A stretch of 64,000 nt of DNA from Candidatus Marinacidobacterales bacterium. Its GTDB lineage: Bacteria > Acidobacteriota > Vicinamibacteria > Marinacidobacterales > SMYC01. Below are positions 54,370 through 64,000 of this stretch, in pieces. Each line of letters starts with the position of its first letter. The stretch's first letter is position 1. The DNA lies in contig OZ250169.1 of the NCBI GenBank assembly GCA_965237955.1, positions 4,064,001 to 4,128,000 of the forward strand. The letters run 5' to 3'. Made by a program: the position numbers and the translations under genes. The notes under the pieces were generated by a model. It was not told where the DNA came from and did not search any database. It worked only from the letters and a program-made list of their open reading frames with translations.

Positions 54370-55170
54370 ATGCTGAGTGGAATGGCCGCTTCGGCCGAGG
54401 CCGGCGCCTGGACGCTCCCCAGGGGACAGAACTGGCTTCAGCTCGGTTTCATGTTCCAGGACACGAGCGAGCGTTACTTCTTGGACGGCAGCCGCATCCC
54501 CTATTTCTTCGACGGCAGGAATCGAACCCAGGCCTTGTTTTTCGACTACCAACGAGGCCTCACCGATAGGCTCGACGTTAAGGTACAGTTTCCCATCTTC
54601 CGCATCTCCTTCGACGACTTCAGCGACGATCGCACCAGCACCGGCCTGGGTGACTTGCGGCTGGAAGCCCGCTACAACTTCGTTAAATCTCCGCTGGTGG
54701 CCGCCGTGGGAGGCACCATCAAGTTTCCTACCGGGGAGTTCGTCAACGATGCCGAGATCGTTCCCGTGGGAGAAGGCCAATACGACTTCGACCTCTTCGT
54801 CGAAGTAGGCCGCTCCCTCTGGCCGAAGCCGGGCTACGTCACTGGCAAGATGGGTTACCGCTGGCGCGCGAAGAACCAGGAGACCGGCATTGATCAGGGC
54901 GACGAGATCCTCTGGCACATCGAGCTCGGCTGGCAGTTCCATCCGCGAGTGACGGTGAAGGGGCTTTTCCGGGGTCTCTACGGTCTCGACTCCACCAGCT
55001 TCGACCTCATCATCGAATCGCTTCGTCGCGAGGTCGTCTACTTCCAACCAGGAGTCACCTTCGCGGTCACGGAAGCTTCAGGCATCGAGCTCACCGTCCC
55101 CATTTCTCTCCGCGGTCGCAACTGGCCGGCGGGCCCGGTTCTGGTTATCCTTTTCACCCAAAACTTCTAG
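54370..55170 (+). CDS. Putative outer-membrane beta-barrel protein
   Basis: AEA signal cleavage site, AWTLPRG, GLGD, KFPTG, amphipathic strands, C-terminal Phe. Start uncertain. Confidence 0.65.
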   Translation: MLSGMAASAEAGAWTLPRGQNWLQLGFMFQDTSERYFLDGSRIPYFFDGRNRTQALFFDYQRGLTDRLDVKVQFPIFRISFDDFSDDRTSTGLGDLRLEARYNFVKSPLVAAVGGTIKFPTGEFVNDAEIVPVGEGQYDFDLFVEVGRSLWPKPGYVTGKMGYRWRAKNQETGIDQGDEILWHIELGWQFHPRVTVKGLFRGLYGLDSTSFDLIIESLRREVVYFQPGVTFAVTEASGIELTVPISLRGRNWPAGPVLVILFTQNF

Positions 55171-55305
55171 GAGCGCACCGGCATTTAACGTGTTGCGATC
55201 TACCAGGGGATGCCGATTCTTACAGCCGGCGAGACTTCTCGTTCTACATAACTCGTTGCAATTCTATGAATGGACGTCGACCTCAAAAGGAGAGGATGGT
55301 AGTCA

Positions 55306-56475
55306 ATGTCGAGATGCAAGCTAAGCCTTCGACTGTGTTCCTTGTTCAGTCTCGCTCTATGTGGGTTAGACACGTCGACCGCTTTGGGCTCAGCCCAAGA
55401 AAACGTCCGATCGTTTCAGGTCACCGCTTCTAGGTTCCAGTTCCAGCCTTCCCGCTTGGAAGTCAACCTGGGCGACCGAGTACGCATCATCTTGCGCTCG
55501 ACGGATGTGGATCATGGATTTGGTCTGCCCGTTTTCGACGTCGAGGCAAACATCCCAGCAAGTGGTGAGCCCGTCGCGATCGAATTCACCGCCGACAAGC
55601 CGGGTACCTTTCCCTTCGGCTGCACCACCTTTTGTGGAGATGGACACTTCGGCATGGTGGGTGAGCTGGTGGTACTCTCCGCTGAAACTGTAGGAGTGGA
55701 CGCGGTAGAGGCCAACTTAGTGGAGCCGAATTTCACCTTGATCAATCTCCCCACCACTCGGCGGCTTCCCCGGAACCGGTTTGCCTTCCGCGTCACCCAT
55801 CGCTTCCGCCGTCCTCTCAGTCAAGGAAGTCCTACGAATCTTTTCGAAGATCTGTTTGGCTTGGATGGCGGAGCCGAGATAGGCCTCGAGCTCCGCTATG
55901 GGTTTTCGCCGAGGACGCAAGTGGGATTCTACCGCACAAGCGATCGAACCATCGAGCTTTCGGGACGGCACAATCTGTTTGAACAGGGAGGGAGTCCGAT
56001 CGGAGTGAGTATTGCCGTGTCGATGGAGGGAATGAATAATTTCCGAAGCGAGCGCTCGGCATCGGTGGGCGTCGTTGTCTCCCGTAGGTTCGGGGGTCGC
56101 GCCGCCGTCTATTTGGTGCCTCGCTGGGTTAGCAATACCAATTTGCTAGAATTACCAGGCGAGCACGGAGGAACGAATCGTCTTCTAGACAGCTCCACAC
56201 TCATCCTAGGTGTTGGCGGGCGGCTATTGCTTTTCGATATGGTGGCCTTGGTCGGAGAGATTTCACCCCGACTAGCTGGATTTGACGAAAGCATTTTCGG
56301 AGGAGGCGAACCCGATTTTAGCGCTAGCTTCGGCATCGAGAAGGTTTTCGGCGGTCACGTATTTCAGGTCAATTTCTCGAATCACTTGGGTACAACGTCC
56401 GCTCAACTTGCTCGTGGGCAACAAGGTCCTGAGGACTGGTTTATTGGATTCAACATTTCGAGAAAATTCTTCTAG
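55306..56475 (+). CDS. CuA-type cupredoxin fused to a DUF5777-like beta-barrel
   Basis: Signal peptide; DVDHGF..CTTFCGDGHFGM; then LINLPTT..FRVTHRF..FGLD..GFNISRKFF. Confidence 0.75.
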   Translation: MSRCKLSLRLCSLFSLALCGLDTSTALGSAQENVRSFQVTASRFQFQPSRLEVNLGDRVRIILRSTDVDHGFGLPVFDVEANIPASGEPVAIEFTADKPGTFPFGCTTFCGDGHFGMVGELVVLSAETVGVDAVEANLVEPNFTLINLPTTRRLPRNRFAFRVTHRFRRPLSQGSPTNLFEDLFGLDGGAEIGLELRYGFSPRTQVGFYRTSDRTIELSGRHNLFEQGGSPIGVSIAVSMEGMNNFRSERSASVGVVVSRRFGGRAAVYLVPRWVSNTNLLELPGEHGGTNRLLDSSTLILGVGGRLLLFDMVALVGEISPRLAGFDESIFGGGEPDFSASFGIEKVFGGHVFQVNFSNHLGTTSAQLARGQQGPEDWFIGFNISRKFF

Positions 56476-56626
56476 ATTCATCCCCCGGCCGCCCGTCGGG
56501 GCTTACTTTACAATTGGACATTATTAGGCCTGTCGGAGCTTGTGGGTATGAAATCAGCATCAGGACTCTCTAAACAGAGAAGCCAGCGAGCACTGCACGG
56601 TCCGTCTTCGATTAGGAACCGGCATC

Positions 56627-58006
56627 ATGTGCAAACATGACATTCGTTCTGCAATAGCGATAACCGTCCTTATAGTCTTTCTGTGTGCACGGAGTCTTAG
56701 CAGTGCGCAGACTAAGGATGGCTCCACACCGATAGTTGAAGAATTTGTTCTGCTTCTGGTCGAGGATACAGCGCGTCGTGAGCAGGCCTTTGCTGTCATT
56801 GACGAGCAGTGGCAGGATACTTTCACACCCATGTTGTTGGAGGTTCTCAACTTGACTCGCGATCCGTCATTTGCCGTGCGCCTGAGGCAACTCCTAGAAA
56901 CTAAGACCAAAAAAAAGTACCAATACGATGTCAACAAGTGGTACGAGTGGATCTGGAGTCAGGAACCGCAAGTTCATCCGCGTTACGCCGATTTCAAAAG
57001 TAAGTTATACGGCCGGATCGACCCGAAGTTTGAAGACTATTTCAGCAATGAACGCACCGCGAAGATCCGACTAGATGAGGTGCGTTGGGGGGGGGTACGC
57101 CAGGATGGCATCCCGCCGCTGCGCTATCCCAAGATGATCGCCGCCAAGCAGGCCGATTATCTGGACGATGACGGGATCATCTTTGGTCTCGAGGTCAATG
57201 GTGATGCGCGTGCCTACCCCAAGCGCATCCTGGGTTGGCACGAGATGTTTGTCGATGATGTGGGTGGCGTGCCGGTGGCCGGTGTTTATTGTACCCTGTG
57301 CGGGACCATGATCCTGTACAAAACGGTTCACCAAGGGGTCAACCACGAGTTAGGTACCAGTGGATTCTTGTATCGTTCCAACAAATTGATGTATGACCAA
57401 AAGACACAGTCGCTTTGGAATACGATCTGGGGACAACCGGTGATTGGGCCACTTGCGGATCGGGACATCACACTGGAGCGGATGAGTGTCGTGACGACGA
57501 CCTGGGGTGAGTGGCGTCGTCGACACCCCGACTCACAAGTGCTTTCCATAGATACGGGATACGAGCGCGACTACTCCGAAGGCGCCGCCTACCGGGACTA
57601 CTTTGCCACGGACAAGCTCATGTTCAGCGTGCCCAAGCTGGATAAACGCTTAAAAAACAAAGATGAGGTCCTGGGTCTGATCTTTAGCCGGCATCCGGCT
57701 AAGCCTCTCGCTATTTCGGCGAAATATCTGGCCAAGAACACCCTCTATCACGATCGCGTAGGCAATCTACAATTCGTGGTGCTTACAGATCCGTCCGGCG
57801 CCAATCGGGTTTACGAAACCAAGGGGATCACTTTCAAGAAGTGGGATCTCGAGAGAACAGCAGTGGACGAGGACGATGGGCGTTGGACGCTGAGCGAAGA
57901 CCAACTCGAGTCTTCCGACGGCCGCGTGCTTTACCGGCTACCTGCCCATCGCGCGTTCTGGTTCGGCTGGTATTCGGCTTACTCGAACACACGGTTGGTC
58001 CGATAG
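56627..58006 (+). CDS. DUF3179-family exported protein
   Basis: GGVRQDGIPPL, RAYP..WHE, YCTLCGT, GTSGFLYRSNKLMYD, AFWFGW. Confidence 0.88.
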   Translation: MCKHDIRSAIAITVLIVFLCARSLSSAQTKDGSTPIVEEFVLLLVEDTARREQAFAVIDEQWQDTFTPMLLEVLNLTRDPSFAVRLRQLLETKTKKKYQYDVNKWYEWIWSQEPQVHPRYADFKSKLYGRIDPKFEDYFSNERTAKIRLDEVRWGGVRQDGIPPLRYPKMIAAKQADYLDDDGIIFGLEVNGDARAYPKRILGWHEMFVDDVGGVPVAGVYCTLCGTMILYKTVHQGVNHELGTSGFLYRSNKLMYDQKTQSLWNTIWGQPVIGPLADRDITLERMSVVTTTWGEWRRRHPDSQVLSIDTGYERDYSEGAAYRDYFATDKLMFSVPKLDKRLKNKDEVLGLIFSRHPAKPLAISAKYLAKNTLYHDRVGNLQFVVLTDPSGANRVYETKGITFKKWDLERTAVDEDDGRWTLSEDQLESSDGRVLYRLPAHRAFWFGWYSAYSNTRLVR

Positions 58007-58048
58007 CGAGCGGACGACACGTCCGTGAAGTGCTTACACATAGAGAAC

Positions 58049-61000
58049 CTATCGCGGCGGACTCGAATCGAGCGTCAGCGGCTCCTTAGCCGGGAAGAAC
58101 TCCACATCGAGCGCCGCCGCCACCTGGTCCCGGAAGCGCCCCACCTCCTCCGCCAAAACCAGGTTCGTTTGCTCGATTGCTTGCTCTAGATCCTCTTCGG
58201 CTGCCTGCAGATGCAGCCGCTCCGCCTCGGTGGGCGCGTCGCGTGACGGCGTGAACGTGCCGAGGGCGCCGTCGCCGGTGAGGTCCAAAAGCTGCGGTAG
58301 CACGTCGTCGGGCCAGCTCTCCATCCCCTGAATCCGCTGGGGCCCTCCGTCGAGATAAAAGTTCATCGTGTCTCCGGTGAACAGCACCTCCACGTCGGTG
58401 AGCGCCTCCTTGAGGTCGCCACCGGCCGATGCCAGCTCCTTGGCGGTACCGTCGCTCGCCCCGCGGTTGGCCTGGACTTGTTCGACCACGCGGTCGACGG
58501 CACGTTTCGCGTATCGCAGACGATTGACTGCTTCCGTGGCGACTTCCACGCGCTGGCCCACGGTGATGAGGAAGTCCAGCTTCTCGCGCTGGGCCGCGAT
58601 CGGGACGTCGAATCTCGGATCCTCGCGGACCTCGACCGCCGCGCTCACTTCCTCGCCCGTGAGCTCGATGCGAACGGTGTAGCGGCCGGGCAGCACTTGC
58701 GGCCCCGGGTGGAGCGACGGGGCCGATGTCACTTCCGCAGGAGGCAGGCGGATCGAGTCCCGACGCAAGTCCCACGCGGTCCGGTTGATGCCCGGCTTGG
58801 CCGGAGCCTCGAACGTGCGAATCGTGGCACCCGCCTCGTCGAGGACTTCGATGGTCACCTTCGCGGTGTCGCTTGCTACGGACTCGGTAGAAATGGAGTA
58901 GGTCACGAGCGCCCCGTACGGCCGATTCTCCCCAATGAACATTCCATCCCCGTTGCCACGGGTCATATACCGGCGCCACAGAAGATGGCGAGTGGTCACC
59001 GGAACCTCGAACAAGTGTAGCGGCCGGTTTGAGATCGCCGGATCGCGCGCCAGCGCGCGCAGCGGCCCCACGTCGTCCAGGATGTACACCGAGCGCCCGT
59101 GGGTCGCGATCACCAGGTCGTGATCCCGAGGATGCACGACGAGGGCCCGGGTCGGAGCACGCGGGAGTCCGTGACGCCACAGATGCCACTTCTGACCTCC
59201 GTTCAGCGAGACGTACATGCCGTATTCGGTGCCGAGAAACAGCAAATTCGCTTCGACGGGATCCTGCTCGATCACATGAACGAAGTTGAATGGCTCGATG
59301 TCCGCGGTGACCAGGCTGGTCCAGGTGGTGCCGTAATCCATGGTCTTGAAGACGTAGGGCGTGTTGTCGCCCCGACGGTGATCGTCGAAGGTCACGAAGG
59401 CCGTGCCACCCTCGAACTTGGAGGCCTCGATGTGCGGCACCCAGCTGTTCGGGCGCACGCCGCGGATCCGCTCCACCACGTTGACCCAGGTGCCGCCGCC
59501 GTCACGCGTCAGCTGCACGTTGCCGTCGTCGGTGCCGACCCAGAGCACCCCACGCTTGACCGGCGACGGCGCGATGGTGAGGATCGCGGTGTGGTTTTCC
59601 GCTTCGGTGTCGTCGCGCGAGAGCCCGCCGGATTGGTCCGCCATCTGCTTCTCGGGGTCGTTGGTGGTGAGGTCTGGGCTCAGGAGGGTCCACGTCGTTC
59701 CCATGTCCGTGCTGCGGTGGACGAACTGGCTCCCGAAGTAGAGCGATCCATCGTGGGGATCGATGGCCATCCCCGGGTTCCAGTTGTAGCGGAGATCGAT
59801 CCCCTCGGGATGGGCGGGCCCGATCGTGTGGCGCTCACCGGTTTGAAGATCGGATCGGACGATGTAGCCGGCCTCCCTCGTGGAGTAAACGTAGCGCGGG
59901 TTTCCGGGAACGGCGAGCGTCGCGAAGCCGTCGCCGGATCCCACCTCCTTCCAGTCGGAGAAGCCGATGCCGACGTTGTTCCACACCGAGCTCGGTCCGT
60001 GCCACATGCCGTTGTCCTGGAGCCCGCCCATGACGTTGAACGGCGTCGCCAGGTCCACGTTGATCTTGTAGAACTGGCCGAGCGGCAAGTTCTCGATGAA
60101 GCGCCACGAGGCACCCCGGTCATGTGAAAGGGTGACCCCGCCGTCATTGCCGTCGATCAGGATCTTGCCGTCGAGGCTCACCCAGAGCGCGTGGTGATCC
60201 CCGTGCACCCGCCCGTTTTGGAGCCTGCGAAAGTTCTTGCCGCCATCCTCCGAGAGATTCAACGTCCCCACCAAGTTGTACACACGGTTCTCGTTGACGG
60301 GGTCCACCACCAACCTCGCGAAGTAGAACGGGCGTCTCGCGATCGATCGCAAGCCGCCTCTATCGCTTACGACCTTCCACGTCTCGCCGCGGTCGTCGGA
60401 GCGCATCATGACGCTGTGTTTGGCCTCGACCACCGCATAAACCACCTTGGGATTCCCCGGCGCGAAGGCGAGCCCTATGCGACCGAGCTCGCCCTCCGGG
60501 AGACCTTCTCTCGGACTCAGCCGCTTCCAGCTCTCGCCGCCGTCGTAGGTGACGTGGAGCCCGCTTCCCGCTCCACCCGAGCGGAAAAACCACGGCCAGC
60601 GACGGTGATCCCACATGGCGGCAATGACGTGGTTAGGGCTCCCGGGATCCATGACGAGGTCCGCGGCACCTGTGGTTTCGTTCATGTAGAGCACGTTCTC
60701 CCACGTCTTGCCGCCGTCGGTGGTCTTGTACACGCCCCGGTCCTCACTCTCCTTCACGTGTTGCCCAAGGCGCTCACGTAGGCCACGTCCGGATTGCTCG
60801 GGTGCAGCACGATGGCGGCGATCGCCCCCGTCGACTCGAGCCCCACATGTTGCCAGCTCTTGCCGCCGTCGAGCGACTTGTACACCCCGGTGCCGACCCC
60901 GGCCGAGTTGCGGCGGCCGCGCTCACCGGTGCCGATCCACACCAGCTCGGGCGCCGCCTGGTAGATCGCGACCGCTCCGATCGACGTTGCAGGAATGCCG

Positions 61001-61260
61001 TCCGTGAGCGGTCTCCACGTCACGCCGCCGGAGGTGGACTTCCATAGACCGCCCGTGGCCGAGCCCACGTAGATAATGTTGGGGTCGGTGTCGACGGCAT
61101 CAATGTCGCTGATACGGCCGCTCATCCCGGAGGGGCCGATGCTCCGAATTTTTAAACCGCTAAGCTGGGTAATGTCCACCGTCTGGGACTGCGCTGTGGA
61201 CGCCGCGACAAGGATAGTGGCGAGGAAAACTGTGAAAGAGGCGAGAAAACCAGCGTACAT
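58049..61260 (-). CDS. VPS10/BNR-repeat glycosyl-hydrolase-like protein (frameshift ~60755)
   Basis: RSIGPSGMSGRI, repeated S/TxDGGxxW, GGLQDNG, ATHGRS. Confidence 0.88.
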
Positions 61261-61548
61261 GGCGGCCTACTCCGTGAAGTCAGGATAAGGGATGGTCGAT
61301 CCCGTGCGGCACTGAGCGTAGCCGCACGGGATTATCACACTTTACATGAGCGCCGATCAACTTTTGGACAGCTGTCATGCCGCTTTGGAGGCATGGCTCT
61401 CCGAGCACAAAGAGGACTCGAGGCTCGACTCGGTTTACAGCTTCTCAAAAGGATAGTACATTTCATACGCTGCGGGACGTTGCCGCACGGCGGGCGCGAA
61501 GCGAGCGGACATAGAGCGGGCGGCTAATCGATCGGGAGGAGAAACGTA

Positions 61549-63302
61549 ATGGATGACCAAAGATTCACCATGAACCGCCGTCGCTTCATGGCCTTGTCGG
61601 CAACAGGCCTCGGTTCGCCGTTGATGCCGGGCGCGCTCGCTGCCGTGGCTCAAGACGCGGAGACCATCACCATCGAGATGATCGAGGCCGCGCAAAAGAT
61701 CGCGGGGTTGTCCTTTACGCGCGAAGAGCAACAGTGGATCCTCGAGAGGCTGAACGGAGAGAGAAGCCCGCTCGCGGCTTTCGACACGCTCAGAGCCGCC
61801 AACCTTGGCAACGCCACCCAGCCGGCCACCGTCTTCAATCCCGTCCCTCCCGGCAAGGAGCTCCCGAGCGAGCGAAGACCTCTGAAGCGACAGGAGATCG
61901 ATGTCTCGATGCCCGCGACGGACGAAGAGCTGGCGTTTCTCCCGGTGACCCATCTAGCCAAGCTGGTGGAGAGCCGTCAAATCAAGCCCACCGAGCTCAC
62001 CGAGCTGTATCTCGCGCGCCTGAAAAATCATGACCCCACGCTCCACTGCGTCGTCAATCTCACCGAGGAGCATGCGCACCGGCAGGCGAAGCGAGCCGAC
62101 GAAGAGATTGCCGCGGGGACTTATCGAGGCCCCCTTCACGGAATCCCCTGGGGAGCGAAAGACTTGCTTGCCGTTCGGGGGACCAAGACGACGTGGGGTG
62201 CCTCACCGTACAAGGACCGGGTCATCGACACCGACGCCACCGTGTACCGGCGGTTGACGGAGGCGGAGCGATACTGATCGCCAAGCTATCGACGGGTACG
62301 CTGGCCGACGGTGACCGATGGTTTGGAGGACAAACCCGAAACCCTTGGAACACCGAGCAAGGATCCAGCGGCTCTTCCGCCGGGCCCGGCTCGGCGACGG
62401 CGGCCGGACTGGTGGGCTTTTCCATCGGGACGGAAACTGGAGGATCCATCATGTTCCCATCGGCTCGAAACGGCGTCACCGGTTTGCGGCCTACCTTCGG
62501 ACGGGTCAGCCGCTACGGAGCCATGGCGCGTGCGTGGACGATGGACAAGATAGGACCGATGTGCCGCTCGGCCGAGGATTGCGCGCTCGTGTTCGACGTC
62601 ATTTACGGACCCGACGGGAAGGACAATACAGTCCTCGACGTGCCCTTCAACTGGGATGCCACGGCCGACGTGACCAAGCTGCGCGTGGGCTACCGGCGCT
62701 TGGCGTTTGAAGGTGAGATCCCTGAGGATCCGGAAAACCCAGAGAGCGCCGCACTACGACGCCAGACCCGCAAGAACAACGAAGAAGCGTTGCGAGTCAT
62801 CCGCTCTCTGGGCGTCGAGGTGGTACCGTTTGAGCTACCTGATGTGCCTACCGAAGCCCTCGGCTTCATCGAGAATACGGAATCGGCTGCGGCCTTCGAT
62901 GAGCCGACACGAAGCGGAAAGCTCAACCTTATTAAAGAGCTGCCCGAGATTAAAGAGCTGCCCGAGGAGAGCCACGGGCCGGCGGACCACTTCCGCACCG
63001 CCAATTTCATTCCCGCCGTCGAGTACATCCAAGCCAACCGCTTACGTATGCAGGTGATGGAAGAAGTGGATGAAGCCATGTCCGATCTCGACCTCTTCAT
63101 CTCAGCGGTCGGTCAAGGAAGCAGTGTCTACTTGACCAACCTCACCGGTCATCCGGCGATCAGCATGCCCAGTGGCTTTTTTCAGGGCTCACCCACGAAC
63201 CTGATGTTTACGGGCAAGCTCTTTGGTGAGCCGGAAATCCTGCTGCTGGCACATGCGTTCCAGGCGCAGACCGATCACCACTTGAAGCATCCCAAGCTCT
63301 AG
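61549..63302 (+). CDS. Tat-exported amidase-signature enzyme (frameshift ~62265)
   Basis: NRRRFM, GIPWGAKD, GSSGSSAG, IGTETGGS; internal 18-bp tandem duplication at 62931-62966. Confidence 0.88.
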
Positions 63303-63545
63303 GACGGGGAATAAATCTCCGTGTCTCGGTTGAAGGCGGCCCAGGCGAACCAGAACGCAGAATAGGTCGCGATGGGCTGCAACCTGGCCCCTTCGAGCTC
63401 GCCCGTGAGAGCGATGCCCGTCAAGCTCCACACCGTGCCCGTCTCTCTATCTTTGAGGTTGAACGGGAAGCTCCCCTCCTCGATCACATCGAAGGTCAGG
63501 AGCCGGCCGGGCGCATCGGCACCTGCGGCGAGATCTATCAACCTT
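63299..63545 (-). pseudogene. DUF3179-like C-terminal fragment
   Basis: LKDRETGTVWSLTGIALTGELEGARL..AFWFAWAAFNRDTEIY. Confidence 0.8.
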
Positions 63546-63561
63546 CGGTTCACCACCCATT

Positions 63562-63591
63562 CTGAATCCTCAATCCTGAATCCTCAATCCT
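63562..63591. repeat. Heptamer tandem repeat
   Basis: CT(G/C)AATC x4. Confidence 0.7.
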
Positions 63592-64000
63592 TCCCCCGCG
63601 GCAACAAAGTCCGCGGGTTCTCCACCACCCCCACCGGGCGGCAGTTCGGGCAGTTGTCCGGACCATCGCCCAGCTCCGCGCGGGCGTCGTCGAGATACCC
63701 CGACAACCGCGCCACCACGTCGGGGTTTCCCGCCGCGACGTCGGTCGTCTCCCCGATGTCCGCTTCCAGATCGTAGAGCACCCCCGTCTTTCGCGTCGAG
63801 CTTCCATTGCCCCGAGCGGACGGCCCGCAACTCGTAGCCCGCGTAATAGTAGAACGCCTCGTGCGGCGACCGCGCGCCTTCCTCCCCGAGCAACAGCGCC
63901 GAGATGTCCTTCCCATCGATGATCCGCTCAGCCGGAGCCTGGCTCCCCGCCAGTCCGGCGAGGGTCGGCATCAGGTCCATCGTCGTGGCCATCTCGTCGA
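63584..64000 (-). CDS. Sulfatase-family protein, C-terminal part (frameshift ~63790)
   Basis: MDLMPTLA, IDGKDI, AVRSGQWKL, LYDLEADIGETTDV. Confidence 0.85.

Noticed and set aside
56627-58006. DUF3179 selenoprotein
   Set aside because: Motif is CTLC with TGT/TGC codons; no in-frame TGA.

Overview
GC-rich bacterial chromosomal segment. Gene content (Ser/Thr kinase-PD40 fusions, sulfatase-TPR, DUF4388, HTH-PD40 sensor, Tes-like radical SAM) suggests Acidobacteriota; this is inference from family recognition only. No rRNA, tRNA or CRISPR array was seen. Intact metabolic genes (avtA, penicillin acylase, amidase, Ser/Thr dehydratase, an L-fuconate-type catabolic/ABC operon, PfkB kinase, two radical SAM enzymes) alternate with heavily eroded accessory DNA. 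That DNA holds a head-to-tail ISL3 dimer, two near-identical IS5 copies, two IS5 remnants, an IS1182-type element with an AbrB-like gene, a DUF222/HNH gene, HicAB and VapBC-type toxin-antitoxin modules, and over ten gene fragments. Many genes carry single-base indels, mostly in short homopolymers, which may be long-read errors. The best leads are: (1) an unannotated complete transcription unit for a 24-aa Lys/Ala histone-H1-like peptide whose promoter is overlapped by tandem NrdR-like boxes; (2) a CuA-cupredoxin/beta-barrel fusion between a second barrel and DUF3179 genes; (3) an HNH gene bracketed by inverted repeats and perfect palindromes; (4) a bacterial tetraether-synthase homolog; (5) nested hairpins built on DnaA-box-like motifs that attract IS insertions. 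All family calls are by eye and unverified by database search.
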